From Lytechinus pictus (taxonomy: Eukaryota): a stretch of 64,000 nucleotides of DNA. How positions within the stretch are numbered: the first letter of the stretch is position 1; every line of letters starts with the position of its first letter. The DNA lies in assembly GCF_037042905.1 (NCBI RefSeq), contig NC_087255.1:7378001-7442000 (forward strand), written 5' to 3'. Shown in pieces: positions 13,501-28,500 of the stretch. Below the pieces are notes generated by a model. The model searched no databases, was not told where the DNA came from, and saw only the letters and a program-made list of their open reading frames with translations. Made by a program: the position numbers and the translations under genes.

Positions 13501-16500
13501 TCCTATCTATGGTTTAAAAGTTTAGGCCTAGATCTAGATCTAAGTTAGACATGAAATACTTAAAGGTCAAGTCTACCCTAGGAAAAATGCTGACTCAAAT
13601 AAATAAAGACAAGTCAAACTAGCATAGTGCTGAAAATTTCATCACAATTGGATGTAAAATAAGAAAGTTACGACATTTTAAAGTTTCGCTTATTTTCACA
13701 AAACAGTGATATGAACAAGTAGGTGAGTCAGTCGATGATGTCCATCATTCACTATTTCTTTTGTTTTTTTATTGTTTGAATTATACAATATTTCATTTTT
13801 TTTAGATTTGACAATAAGGACCAACTTGACTGAACCATATAGTATTAAACAATGCTAATTCCACATGTTCAGGGAGGAATTAATCGTTGTGTCACCTGAC
13901 AATGAGGAGAAAATTAGAATATTTAATATTTCATGTAATAAAATACAAAAGAGATAGTGAGTGGGTGACGTCATAGTCTCCTCATTTGCATACCAGCCAG
14001 GATGTGCATATAACTGTTTTGTGAAATTAAGCGAAACTTTAGAATGTCATAACTTTCTTATTTTACATCCGATGAAATTTTCAGTATTATGCTTGTTGGA
14101 TTTTTCTCTTCTTATTCAAATCAACTTTTTTGGGGGGTGGACTTGTCCTTTAAAATTGACTTTAGAAAATGCATAGGCCTAGACCCTAAAATCGCAAGCT
14201 CGGTCACTTTGCTCTTTCGCTTGCAATATGTAAAATTATTTAAACATTGATTGCAGAGATTCAATGGTCAAATTAAGATATGGATGCCGTAGTCAAATCA
14301 ATTCAAGTTCAACTTCTGTCTCAAGAAACTAATCTGGCCCCAGCCCTATAACGTTAGTAGACCACCTTGATAAGACCCTTCTGAAGTTCTGAGTTAGATC
14401 TAACAAAGGTATGTCTAACGCCAAACGGTGATGGCACTTTCTGCCAAACGATGTAACATTGCAATCAGTTTCCCTCAATTGGCTGATTTTTCTCAGAAAA
14501 GTATTGAAGAAAACTAGGCACATGTGGATAGGTGGCCGTTCATAAGCTTAATTTGGCTTTAGTCTTTAGAAGTTTCAGTGGTTGCTCGATCGACCTTCGA
14601 CGCAGCCTGGCTCTGTGCAGGCAATGCAATGTATCCGATGCATGGGTTTTTTTTTCGCCGTCCGAGCCATGGTCTCGGACTCAGAGTTGAAATTTCAACC
14701 CGGATTTCGGGGATAAAGCGCTTTTATTTCAGATTCTTCGACTTAAAAGTCAAATAAAATTTAAAATTTGAAATCTAACCTTGATCAATCATCGTTGATA
14801 AACATCAGCACTGAAACCATTGCACTTAAAATCAGGCCAGGCAAATTAGACGTCATTGTCTATGTTACTAGAAAATCTAAGACGAGTCGCCTGGAGCCCC
14901 AGCGCATCAACGTCACTATAGCTAGCTACGCGACCGGGCCAGACTCGGCGCATCCAGGCAAGAAGAACGACCTCGATTTGGACGGTGGTTGTCTATGCAT
15001 TTATTAGTGGTGCAGCGGAATTTAGCAGAAGAAAATAACAAACCAGAGGTATCCTCGTTATAGGCTTATTATTCCAAAATGAGAAAAAAAATGATAAACT
15101 CATGATTATTCAAGCCTAATATTTTTTTTCAAAAAATGGGAGTAATATTTTTAATATTATTCCTCAGAACAACCGATCTGAAACAAAAAATCATTAAAAA
15201 ATGTTTAAAATTAACAAATGAAAAAAATAAACTCAACAAAGTTGGAAAAAACCCACCTTATTTTTTAAGTGGTCACAAAATTCGAGCGGAGTTGACCTTC
15301 CTTAGAACAATACGCTTGTTTGTTGCTGCCCTCTACGTTCGTTGGTCGGGTCGTTGACCTGAGCGCGCCTTTCCAGAGACTTAATAGTACACTAAGTATG
15401 GTTTGAGCCAGTTCGTAAAATCAAAGGAGGGGGTCGAGCCGGTTCGTAAAATAATTAAATATGCTATTGTTTTTTAAATAAAACGAATTTTGATCTAAAA
15501 TTTAGCAAATCAATAGAATGAATCACGGACTTTCAGAATATGCAAAAAAATAATTCGAAAATTAGGTTTGAGCCGGTTCGTAAAATCACTGACGAAGTAT
15601 CAGCACGATCAGTGGAGAGGATTGGCGAAGATGCAGGGAAGAGCTCTATTTTGGCGTCAAACTCGACAAAGAGATGCTGTGACTCAGTGGATAGGTTTCC
15701 GGACTTTGAACCGAGAGGCCCGGGGTTCGAATCCCAACGCAGCACTCGCGTCCTTTGGCAAGGCGTTTAGTTGCATTTGCAATATTTTCCACCCAGGTGT
15801 AGTAAATGGGTATCTGGTAGAAAGAAATTCTTTGAATGATGGAGCACCCGATAAGAGTAGCTTTGCTAAAGCTGGGGTAATAATAGGCAACGCTTAGAAT
15901 TTAGGCATATTAACATCATTATCACCATCATCATCATCATCATCATGGAGCCGTAGTGTAGTGGTTCTGACTCTCGCCTTGTAAACAGAAGGTCGTGTGT
16001 TCGAATTCCACCGCGGTCTGGCGTCATTTGGCAAAGCGTTAATCCACACTTTGCCACTATCGACCCAGGTGCTAAATGGGTACCCGGTAGGATGTTAAAG
16101 TCATTACAGCTTGTCCAGTACTGTGGGTTTATTTTTGGAGGTTAAATTTTATGTTTGGCTTAACGCGCATATTTGCCATCGGAGCAAATGTCATGGAACC
16201 AATTAGATTTAGCTAACAAACAATAAGCCGCCATGAATAAACTTGAAACGGGGCATTATAACAACCTCACATTTTCTTCAAATGATACAGAACTTCATTT
16301 TCTATAAAGTCCATTCACCTTTGTAAATAATAATAATAATAAGTATTTCTAATGCGCACTTTCTAATGGATCATTACTCAAGGCGCTACATATTAAATAA
16401 ACAAAAACATTGGAAATAATCACAAATTAAAACCATCAAACATAACATTCATATGAGAAAAATACATGGCCTTCACTAATATGATTGTAAGAATAGGTAA

Positions 16501-19500
16501 TATTTGACACTTGATTGGAATGCCTTAAGAGAGTTCATATTCCTGATAGTACTTGGCAGTCTATTTCATATAACTGGGGCCACATAGCTGAAAGCCCGAT
16601 CTCCATAATGCTTGGTCCTGCTACGCGGAATCACAAGGGTGGTAGATGTAGAAGATCGTAAAGAATAGTGGCACTGCTTCACGACAAGAAGATCCTTGAT
16701 GTAAGTAGGTGCTGCATCGTGAAGAGCTTTGAACACTACTGTCAGGATCTTGTATTCAATTCTTCTCGAAACAGGAAGCCAGTGGAGTTCTTTTAGGGTT
16801 GGAGTAATATGTTCGTATTTGCCCACTCCTTTAAGAACTCGGGCAGCGTTGTTGAGTATTCTTTGTAGTCTCGAGGCCGAAGAATGTGGTAGACCAGCAA
16901 GCAGGGCATTACAACAGTCCACTCGCGTCGTGACACTGGCATGGATGACTTTTGCAGCATCTGGTTCAGAGAGGAATCTGCGAATCTTCGTTATGTCTCG
17001 CAAGTGATAGAAAACACTTTTGCAGGTAGACGAAATATGTGCATCCATGTTCAAAGTTTGTCAAAAATTACACCCAAGTCTCGAACAGTATTAGAAACAG
17101 GCAGAACATCTTCGTTTATTGTAAGTTCTTGCAGGTCGAAAGAGGAGTGCTGGTGGCGTGAACCAATGAGAAGATTTGTTTTCTCCTTGTTCAGTTTCAG
17201 TAAATTTCTCTTCATCCATGTCTGCATATCCTTTACACAGTTGTGAATACGAAGGTATGCATTATTTTGGTCAAGACCTTGATTGAAAGCCACATAAAGT
17301 TGAGTGTCGTCTGCGTAGAGATGGTACTTCAGGTCTTTGGTACTTCATGTCGTGATGCCGCGCAATGTCTCAAAGAGCGGCTATGTACGTAGTAAACAGC
17401 ATCTGTCCTAGCACAGATCGCTGCGGCACACCACAATCAGACAATCTATGATGTATTTCTCGGATGTGGTATCCACAACTGCTACCTGTTGTAATCTCGC
17501 CTGCAGATATGACTGAAACCGTTTAATAACATCACCAGTTATTCCAAAGCGGTCAGACATCCTTCTCAGAAGTAACTCGTGATCGACAGTGTCAAACGCT
17601 GCTGAAAGATCAAGCAGGACAAGAAGCACCATCTGCTTTTTGTCTACAGCTGTTAAGATATCATTTGTCACTTTAATTAAGGCAGTTTCAACACTGTGGC
17701 CAGGCTTGTAGGCTGACTGCAAGTCTTCAGATAGACAACTGTCTTTTAAGTAGGTACAGAGGCGGTGAGCTACGACTTTCTCCAGAACCTTTGAGACAAA
17801 TGATAGCTGAGAGATGGGTCTATAGTTAATTAGGCAGTCAGGATCAAGGGTGCTCTTCTTTAGAATTGGAGAAACAAGAGCAACCCTGAAGCATTCTGGC
17901 ACTGTAGCAGATGACAAGGAAGAATTGATTAAAGTCAATATCATCTCTGCAAACACATTTGGCGCTTTCTTCACCATCCATGTAGGTACTGGATCGAGAG
18001 CACAAGATTTGCTTTGTGATGATTTGATGATCGTTACTATTTCAGCACTTGAAGCTAGCTGAAATCCTGTCCATTGATGCTCAGGAGGTGTTTCAGACAT
18101 CCTGGTAGAGGAAGCCAATCCAATCATCGGTACTCTTATATTGCGAACTTTTTCTTGGAAAAAGACACTGAAACGCTTTCCGATATCTGTTACATCCGAG
18201 GGCAATGCAATGGATTTCGATTTGCCAAGAAGATTATCTACAAGTCGAAAAAGTTGCCTCTGATCACCATTGCAATCATCAACCTTCTGCTTGATGTAAT
18301 CTTTCTTGGCACAAGACATCATTTTTCTAAGGAAATTACGCTCACTGATGAAACTTTGCCGATCAATTGACTGTCGAGACTTCCTCCAGCGTCTTTCAGC
18401 CCTCCTACTGCACTGTTTCTGCTGTCGTATGTCAGAAGTATACCAAGGCATTTGCTCGCGGTTAACAATTTTCATTGTCTTAACTGGAGCATGAACATCT
18501 ACTATGTCCTTCATTGCAGTGTGGAGGAGCTCTGCTTGTTGGTTGACGTTTAAGTTAATGTAGTCTCCCCGATTCAACAATGTCTCAACATCCTCCAAGA
18601 AAGACGGCAAATCAATCGACCGAAGTTTCCTATATCTCTTAACCACGACGCACTGCGTTGGCTTGTTGAGTTTACAGAGAAAGTGAACGGCTGCATGGTC
18701 TGATAAAAATGACACAACTTCCACTTTTCTAACCGTTTCACACTGGGATCTTGTGATGATAGGGTCGATGACATGTCCTGCCATATGTGTTGGCTGGCTG
18801 GTGTGTTGCGTGAAGTTACTGTCATTAAGTCCATTTAAGAAGTTCACTGTCTCTGGATTATCTGGAGCATCCATATGAATGTTAAAGTCGCCCATGAGGA
18901 CGAAGTCTTCATTCATTATTGATAGTTTGTCAAGAATAGGCATGAATTCAGGAAGAAACATTTGCCTTGTTAGACCATTTCGATTAGACGGTGGTGGTCG
19001 GTATACTATGACTAGTATTAGGCATTTATTTCCCATGTTCAATTGGAACTTGGCACATTCAAAACTCCTGAAAAGCTGAACAGGGCGTTGTAAAATCTGG
19101 ATTTGATTTTGTGCTATGAGACCAATTCCATCGCCCCTTCCTTTCCTTGGGACTGAGATGAAGTTATATCCCTTTGGAAGAAATTGCTGAGGAGTAGCAT
19201 CATCTCCCTCGTTTAGCCAAGTCTCTGTGAGAGCCAAGACATCTATCTTCTTCTCAATGATGAATGATTCAATGTCTTGTGTCTTGTTGCATACTGATTG
19301 AGCATTAAGGAGTACACAATGTGCATTGACCAGATTCTTGCCAATGCTGCGTACATCAATCAGGTTATCATGATTCGCATCATACTGACCGGAAGATAGA
19401 CATGATTCCCGATGCCCGACGATGACGTTTATTTGCTTGTGCTTTAACTTTCTTCTTCCTCCTCGTTTTCCACGATGCACTCTGAGACGAGTCCCATTTC

Positions 19501-22500
19501 TCCGTTTGAGAGTCCGGAGTGAGAATTTGTCGCCACCAGTTGCAACGAGTAGTTGAGCCAAACTCTCTCTTTCTGGGTTGAGACTAAGAAGAAAGTTCCT
19601 GTCATACATTATATAATTATCTATCGAAGTGCAGTGGTCAGGTCTATCCTTTTCCATTGTCATTTGGTTAGAGCTCAAGAGTCGTAGTTCCACACACAAG
19701 GTCCAAGCCAAGATCAGAACAATGCTTGCTAATCTGCTAAAGTCCATTGTGTAAAAAGTCATGATGAGATCAACAATAGATTAATCCTATTCATCATTTG
19801 GATCAGCAAGAGTGAATGAAGTCAATGTCCATGTATGAGGTTTATATGCTTGCTCCCAATATGGCTACATTGTGGACTGTAGGTAGAGGAGACAAAAACT
19901 CAAAAACTTTATGAAGAAACAGCACCAAGAAGCAACTAGATAACAAGTCCAAAACAGTCCAGTGGCATCTAGGTGTTTCAACAAATAGAATGTTACAAGA
20001 TGAGAACTAATAGATTTGCCTAAACCAGTAAAAACTCTGAGAATAACAGAGCACAAGAAGGGGTCTGCCAGTAAGGCGCAACACACACTTCTTCTTCTTG
20101 TGATCTCAAGGAGTCAACTTCGTGGTCACGCGTTTACTGAAGAAAGTCGCTAAACCTCGTGGTTTTGCAATTAAACCAGTCTTTTCACATATTTCTAAGC
20201 GTACGAACATTTCCTGTTTTGTAATACTTTTTTTGACATGTACGCGCATTCCAAAGCTCCATGCCTTATAGACTTCTGAACAGCCAATCAAGTTTCTTTT
20301 TTACAATCCATCAACGAATGACAGCTTCGTGGTCACGCGTTTACTGAAGAAAGTCGCTAAACCTCGTGGTTTTGCAATTAAACCAGTCTTTTATTTTTTA
20401 TATACCCATAATTTGATTTATACAATTGGATTTTTATATATTGGAGTTATATAGTTCTGCATTTCTGAGTTCAACTTTTCATCTGTGGACATACCTGCGG
20501 ATTATTTTATTCGCGTTTTTCGTGTGCCATAGAGGAGCTTCAAATTCATTTTCTTCTTTTTCGCGGACAAGATAACGCAACAAGTTTTCGTTTTACCCCC
20601 TCAACGGACTAAATCGCTCAGATACCACTGCATATAATCTGGAGAGATTGAAGAGCGCCATCATATTCAACAACAACAACAACTGCAGCCGATAGCTCCC
20701 ATTATTATATTCGAAGCTTAATTCATCATTTCATGGACTCCGTGAATCAGCTCAAGTGTGTGCCTTTTTGGATTGGAAGTCAGACAGTTGGTGAGTAGAA
20801 TAAGTAGAGAACATAAAAAAATTGTAGTTAGGAAATCATTTCATATCACACCCTGCCAATTATTACTAAATTGGTGACTCCGTCTCCGTTCTCGCGTTTT
20901 TATTCTCGCCATCATGACTGATCCACATCCTCCGCTGCATAACCCCATCACCACTCCGGCGGTTTCCACGCCGGCCGGGCCGGGGCCCGCATCGCCTAAC
21001 ATCGCGGCTGTGTCGCTCAAGATCCCACCCTTCTGGCCGCACAACCCGCCGTTTGGTTCGCACAGGTAGAAGCACAGTTTCTCACAAGGGGGATTTCCGT
21101 AGATGAGACGAAGTATGCCCACGTTGTTTCGGCCTTGCAGCCCGAAATTGCACAGGAGGTTCCGGACATTCTAATTGATCCGCCGACATCTAACCCCTAC
21201 ACTCGACTGCGAGCTGGGCTGGTACGGCGCACATCGGTGTCTGAACAGAAGCGTCTTCAGCAGTTGCTTATCAAGGAGGAGCTCGGGGATCGCAAACCCT
21301 CGCAGTTGTTACACAGGATGGGTCAGCTTCTCGAGACTGCTAAGATAGATGACACAATCTTTAAGCAGCTCTTTCTCCAGCGGCTTCCCCACCACGTCCA
21401 GGCTATCTTTGCATCCAGCCGAGATACTATGTCTGTCAACTTGCATCCAGCCGAGATGCAAATGTCTGTCAACCAGCTAGCAGATTTAGCCGACAGTATT
21501 GTAGACGTAGGATCTGCAGGTTCAGTTTCTTCTGTTCAGCATGCGCCCTCGTCAGCCTCCGAGATAGTCCAACTCAGGGAGCAGGTTGACAAGCTCACTG
21601 CTCAGGTGAACGCGTTGACCACCCAGCTGGTACAGGAACGTGGCCGATCCACATCTAGGCACCGCTCCAACAGCAGTAGACGCCAAAGCAGTAGTAGGAG
21701 TGACAAGTATCCCATGTGCTGGTATCATTTCAAGCACGGCGCCAGTGCACGCAAGTGTCTGCCTCCCTGCCCTTTCCAAGGTCCCCAGCAATCTACCCAG
21801 GGAAAAGCCAGAGCCAGCCGGGACTAAATGCAACCACCCGCGCTGGACCCAAGCAAGGTCGCCTATTTTACGTACACGATCGAACTACTGGCTTTAGATT
21901 TCTAGTGGACACTGGCGCTGATGTGAGTGTGATCATGCCCTCTACAGTGGGGAAGCGCCAGGGTCCTCATTCGCCATTCTCCTCACAAGCTTTCAACGAG
22001 TCAGCCATTCCCACGTATGGGGAACGCACTGTCACGTTAGACTTGGGACTGAGGAGGACATTCCGCGACGTCTTTGTTGTGGCTGACCTACCCACGCCCA
22101 TCATTGGGGCTGATTTCCTCAAGAACTTTGGGCTTCTTGTAGATGTCCGACGCCGTAGATTGGTAGACTCCTTGACAAAGATGAGCGTCAATGGGATCTT
22201 CGCTCTAATACACACGCGGGTAATCAGCCCGATGTTCTCTAGGGCTAGGCCATCCTCTACTGACAGTGATAGGTATGCCACAATTTTGGAGCACTACCCG
22301 GATATCACCCGCCCAGATTATCACCAGAAGGCTGTGAAGCACTCGGTTACACACCATATTGAGACAACTGGCCCGCCAATTTCTTCACGCCCTCGTCGTT
22401 TGGCTACAGGTCGCCTAGTCATTGCTCGTGCTGAGTTTGAACACATGCAAGAGTTGGGGATTATCAGACCATCCAGCAGCAACTGGGCATCTCCTCTCCA

Positions 22501-25500
22501 AATGGCGCTGAAACCTACGCCTGGTGACTGGAGGCCGTGTGGGGACTATCGCTCTCTGAACGCAAGGACGGTGCCCGACAGATACCCAGTCCCACACATC
22601 CAATACTTTTCTGCATCAATGCATGGCAAGAAAGTCTTTTCGACGTCTGTCAATTACTACTAAAGGCATCTCAAGCTTTAATGATAGGCCTACTTTGTTA
22701 ATACTGAGGAACATTTTCAAAGTTTACCGGAAAAGCTTCAAATTATATTTTTCTTTCATGAGGACATAAAACAATATACTTCCTGGGTTATATTTAGTTT
22801 ACTGCCCCAGGGGAATGGATACTTAGGAGAAAACCACAAATATATAATAATTAAGTACATGGCCCTATGGAAAAGTGTCACCTTGGACATAATTTTTTTT
22901 CAGGACTAGTGCAGAAATGTATTTTGTCCTAATCTTACTCTTTTTTTGCATATAATGTTTAACCAGCTGATTCCTCAGGAGCTGTAGTGTAGGGAGCTTG
23001 CACGCAAAAAAGGGCTGCTGCATTGTTAGGAGCTTGCACACTATTCTTTTTGCTGAATTCTTCTCCTTCTTGCTACACTGCACAGAGCTGACACAAAATG
23101 AGGTCGCTGTATTGTTAGGTAATAGTTCACGGTAATTTTGTTTTCGCCCCCCCCCCAGTAAAGGAATGCAATTAAATTGTGTTCTGCTGCTTGGCGATAG
23201 GGACAAGCAGTGATATTATTTGTTAGAAACTGAAGTGTGTGTTGGAGTGAGCATTTGGAGCAAGATACCCTGGGCAGAACATATTTTAACCTTGGTTTGG
23301 GAAGGATAGGTTTTCACCTTTTCCTGTGTGAGAGATGTTGCTGAGGTGTCTTGAGTGTTGAGACCGGTGTAACGAGGGTTTAAAGATTCAACACTAGCAT
23401 CTTCAGGCTGGCTAATCCTAGAATCATTCACATGACTGCCACACACACCATGATCAGCTACAAGGACCGGAATTACCAAGATATCCGTAAGTTTTGTAAT
23501 TTTGTATTTTTTGTATTTAAAAAAAAAAAATAACCACTTAATAGCTTACATGGTATCTTAGATGTTATAATATTATATAATTTTTATTTCAAAACACAAG
23601 AGGAAAAGTGTTTGTTTTTTTATAGGAATTGTCCATTGGCATTGGAGTATATGAAAATATATATTATATGTCTCCTTTAAAATCTTTTTGGAAGAAATCT
23701 GTTTTATGGAAGGATTGTAATTTAATGTTGATTTAATAATATACAGTATAGTGAGCATCCAAATCATGATTAATCATGAAGTTTTTATTGAAGAATGTTA
23801 TCATTTATGCAAGGTAGTTATAGTTAATATAATTGTTGCATGATTATGGAAGGGAACTTTTTCTAGAAAACTATATGTTATTTCTTTAAAACAGTCGCAG
23901 TTTTGGTCTACCGTTTAGCTGGGCTAAGAGAGTACTATCCTTGTCAAGAGATACAACACGGGCTCTGGCCTGATGACGGACTCGCCGTCAACATTCAACA
24001 CTTCTGAGTGAATGGTATTTAGGAACTACGTTGTGTTCCTGGTGATTGTCTTCATACACCCCAATAGTCGACTCAAGAGAACTTTCGTTCGCCAGTATAG
24101 ACAGTGGTATTGTCACCCGCTTTCATCTAAGAAAGTATGACTTAACCATAATATTTGAAATCATAAAGTTTATACCGGAACTCAGTTTCTTTCACAAGAA
24201 ACCGAACTTTAATTATCAAATTGCTGAAAGTGTTATTATTATATGCTAAAGTTATAGGTTTTCATTTCTTATAACATGTATAATTCATTATATTTAAGTT
24301 CCTGTCCTAAATTATGCAAAAGAAACTCCATATGCCTTTTCCAAATTGGATGTAATTATTCATCTGGTCATTGTATGCTGATTTAGGATATCGGAATATT
24401 GAATTAAACAGTTGAACTACAAACGTCAAAAAGTATTTATTGTTTCTTATGTTATTGGTAACCGTGTTATTCATGTTAATTACAAGTTAATTGATTTAAA
24501 ATTTTAAACAGGCAACAAACAAGTGACTGAAAGTTGTCCTTGCCCCTTGTCATAATTTACTTACCCAGTTGCCAATTTGAAATCAAGGGATCTCTTTTTC
24601 TCCTTTCCAACAGAACATTTATTGACCAAGGCTGTGTTCCCCTTTAACCGTTGTTACTAAATCTTATTGTTCTTCATGAATGAATGAATGCGATATGAGC
24701 CAGTTTCCACCAAATAGACACGATTTCATCCACCCATCATATTATTACATTGCTTTGTATAATATCATTTATATGTTTTCCCTCCTCCCCTGCAATTATT
24801 TACCCGCCCCTAATCAATTCAAGATATTTTACCCCGTTTTTTAAATTTGTTTACACTAAAACATAAACACCAAATTCCAATTCACGACTAACATATTGCT
24901 CTTAATTCTTCTTTGTTGGTAATCTGTTCTAGTCCAACTCAATAATATCAGTCTTCGATTGACTAATGGCACCGGTCATCATGAGGGTCGAGTTGAAATC
25001 TCCTACCTTGACCGGTGGAACGGACTATGTGGGAAGAAAGCGGATCGAACCAGAAGCGACCTTCTTTGTCAAAGTGTGGGCTATGATCGGGTGTTTGCGG
25101 TGTTGCAGCATGGGGCATTTGGGGAACCTCCAAACCTATACTTCGACCGCATCTCCTGTCAATCTGATGATATCTTTGAGGCATGTCGTCTTTACATCCA
25201 TAAGATCAATTACTGCTCAGGTGGTTTTGGCGGTACTTCAATCTCCTGTGACAGTCGTAAGTAGTGGTATATATACTTTTGCACCTGGATAATCAGGATT
25301 TATTTTTATTTGTATCCTTTATTATCATTGTATTATTATTTCATCTTATTTTTTTAATATATTTTTTATGAAGGGGGGGGTTGAAAAAACGTGATGACAT
25401 TGCAAACATAGCAGGAAGAGTAAGGTAAGTTCTTTAAAGGTCAAGTCCATCCCAGAAAATTGTTGATATGAATCAATAGAGAAAAATCATCAAAATCGGA

Positions 25501-28500
25501 TGTAAAATAAGTAGGTTGCGACAATTTAAAGTTTCGCTTATTTGTCACAAAACGGTTATATGCGTAACTCAGTGATATGCAAATGAGAGAGTCGATAATG
25601 TCTCTCACTCACTAATTCTTTTGTTTTTTATCGTTTGAATTTTAATATTTCAATTCTTACAGATTCGAAAATAAGGACCAATTTGGCATAACAATAAAGT
25701 GTTTAAATAATGGTAATTCCATATGTTCAGAGACGAATGAAATAAAATTTCACATGACTATGAAATAGTGAGTGGGTGACGCCATCAGTCTGCTCATTTG
25801 CATCCCGACTAGGATGTGCATATATATAACTGTTTTGTGAAATTGAGAGAAACTTTAAAATGTCGGCCGCAGGGAACGTCACGCCCGAGCACGCAAACAC
25901 CCTGGGGGGCTTTCGCGTCTAATCGAGGGTATTCAAGGGAGCAGACTAGGGTGTTTAGCCGCGCCCGCAGTTTCTTGCGTGCTCTATAATATTGGCCGTG
26001 CCCGCACTTATCCTAGGGTACGTACATTGCATTATGTTTACATGTGCATGTACTTTGGTTATCTTGTGATAGACCATTATGTTTTTAAACTAGCGTGATC
26101 GCAATCTATTGTAGATTATTTTTATTTTATTTTAGATGTTATTTGTTTTCTTTTCTTTCATTTTTTAATTTATGTTTTCCCTTTTAATTCTTTTCCCTTA
26201 TTCCTTCTTTCACTTTCTTCCTTCCTTGCTTCCTTCCTGTTTTCTTCTGTCTTTGTTTCTTTCAAATAATGAAGGAATTCTTTTTCTTTCTTTCTCTTTT
26301 CCTCCATTTTTCTTACTTTTCTCTTTTCTGTCCTAATGTTTTTTCTTTCACACATTTATTCATCTTCCCTTCCTTTATTTTAATTTTTTCTTTCTTTATT
26401 AATTTCAAGTAATGATGGAAACCGTTATCTGTCTTTTATTCTTTCTTTTATCTTTTTATTCAAACTTTTTTCCTTTTAATTTTTCCTTATTTTTTTCTTT
26501 CCTCTCATTTCATTTATTGTTTCCTCATTTTTTTTCTTTCTTTTCTTTCTTCTGCTCACCCTCCCTTCCCCTTTCTTAGTATATTTTGTTAATAAGTCTA
26601 ACATTGTGTAGCCTTTTTGTTGATTTTTTGGCCGATGGTACATAGTGCTTTGTCGATTGTCCTGTATTTAATTTTGTGAAATCTGGTCACCCTGGCTGGA
26701 ACATCGAATTTATTATTTTTCATTTACCGCAATGAATCTAATCAATTAATCTAATTTGATGCATTATGTAAACTTTTTTTCCTTACGCCTTACGTGGGAG
26801 ACATACATGTATCATACAAACTTGTATTTAAAAAATAGGACACAATTGTTATTTAATGTCATGGAGATCAATTCTCTATCTTTTGGGATAAGTTTTTTTT
26901 CTCCATACGTACCCATTCCTGTCCCTTCAGCGTGAACTATACACCTAATCCCATCCCCTTATGAACAGTGGAAGAACTAAAAAACATTTGAAACATTCTT
27001 CCTTGAGTTTTAACAGGGTGCACAGGGTGGAATTAGGAAAGAAGAAAGAAAGGCATATCAACAAAAAAATAATTAAAATAGATAAAAGACATTAATAAGC
27101 AGACTTGATTTGTTTTGTAAATCAAAATTGACAAGTAATTAACAGAGTGAAAGTTAACAAACATTAATGACAAACTTAAAATAAAACAGAATTATGAATA
27201 TCAAGGGCATTTGCGAATTATCATTATGTTAAAACAAACGGGCGGTCAATATTGGGATCGTTAATTCGTTGACATGGTTGATAAAACCCTAATAAAGGGA
27301 ATGAAAGGTACGTGAAAACGAATACTAGTATGATCGACCAAGATCATACAAAGTAGACATGCAAAAAGCGAACACCAGCAAAACTGGTTGTGCTCATCGA
27401 TTTGTTATTTGGTTCTTTTGTTATTGTCAACAGTCTGGTAGAGTCTTGCTCCCCGCCCACACCTTTGATCTCCTTTGATCACATCCGCTTCCCAATTTAT
27501 GACAGGATGTTCATAGAAATGGGGGAGGGGGATTAAGTTGTTGATGCGTTAACAACAATAAATGATATTCTTTTCATTTCGGTTCAAATCGGGTCTCTAA
27601 AACCCTCACCCTATGAAAAGTATAAATTTACATCAATGTAACAGATGGAACAGACTTATCTTTTTGCTAAAACATCTGATTACATTACCTGCTCTCTATT
27701 GCGGTTTTTAAGTTACATTGGTAGATATTCGAATTGAGAATAGATAAAAGTGGTGGAAATAATAAAGGAGAAGAAGGAAGAGGAGGATGAGAAAAATGAA
27801 GAGGGGTTCCAGCTTCATGATGAGAACAACGCATATATTTCGCGCAATTTTATACAAAATTATAGAAGGGATTAAAACGAATATTAATATCCCTGATACA
27901 CCTACATGATGATAATAACACGAATAATTGACGTCAAAGTAAAGATTAAACTATCATATTTACGAACTGCGGTTTTATATTGATAGATTAGTCGGACATC
28001 AATTAAAGTTATAAACATTTTTTCCATCTTGATTGGATGCTCAATGCGCTTCAGAGCAAAGCAACAAAAGCTATTTACATAATGTAATTATCAAAAAATT
28101 TATAGCACATTTAGCTCCAATGTTTAAACACATACCCAAGTAAAAGTATGTTTTCGCAAGCTACTATGACGTAGTGTGTGGAATGGGTACTTAACGAGTT
28201 AATTATCACTTGCCGACAAAGCAAGAATGGAGCTATACAAACCATTCTTTTCTTTTGTTAAGAGTTTTGGTGGGTGCTCACGCAAACGCTAACTATCAAA
28301 CCTAACTATTCTTTTCGGGGAACAAAGCAGTTAGTCAAGCCAAGTTAAAGAATGAAAGCCCCGTCCCTGTTCACCTCTATATAGTCGAAAATCCTTTTAA
28401 TCATCACGCGTGAGCATTACTGAGTAAAACAAGTTTCATAGCTAAGTACTGCAGAACTATAGGGTATCCATATTACCATGAAACAATAAGTCCCCTCTAT

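Larger units (their letters stand above)
9518..15594. mobile_element. ~6.1-kb non-autonomous TIR element with nested insertions
   Basis: 31-bp TIR cgtcagtgattttacgaacyggctcaaacct, AAGT direct repeats at 9514-9517 / 15595-15598, and subterminal copies of the TIR motif near 10136, 15401 and 15432. Confidence 0.85.

Noticed and set aside
22865-23490. Minus-strand ORFs and a + strand gtaagt near 23486 as a possible extra exon
   Set aside because: No recognisable domain or convincing phase-1 acceptor/donor pair, and the gene model closes without it.
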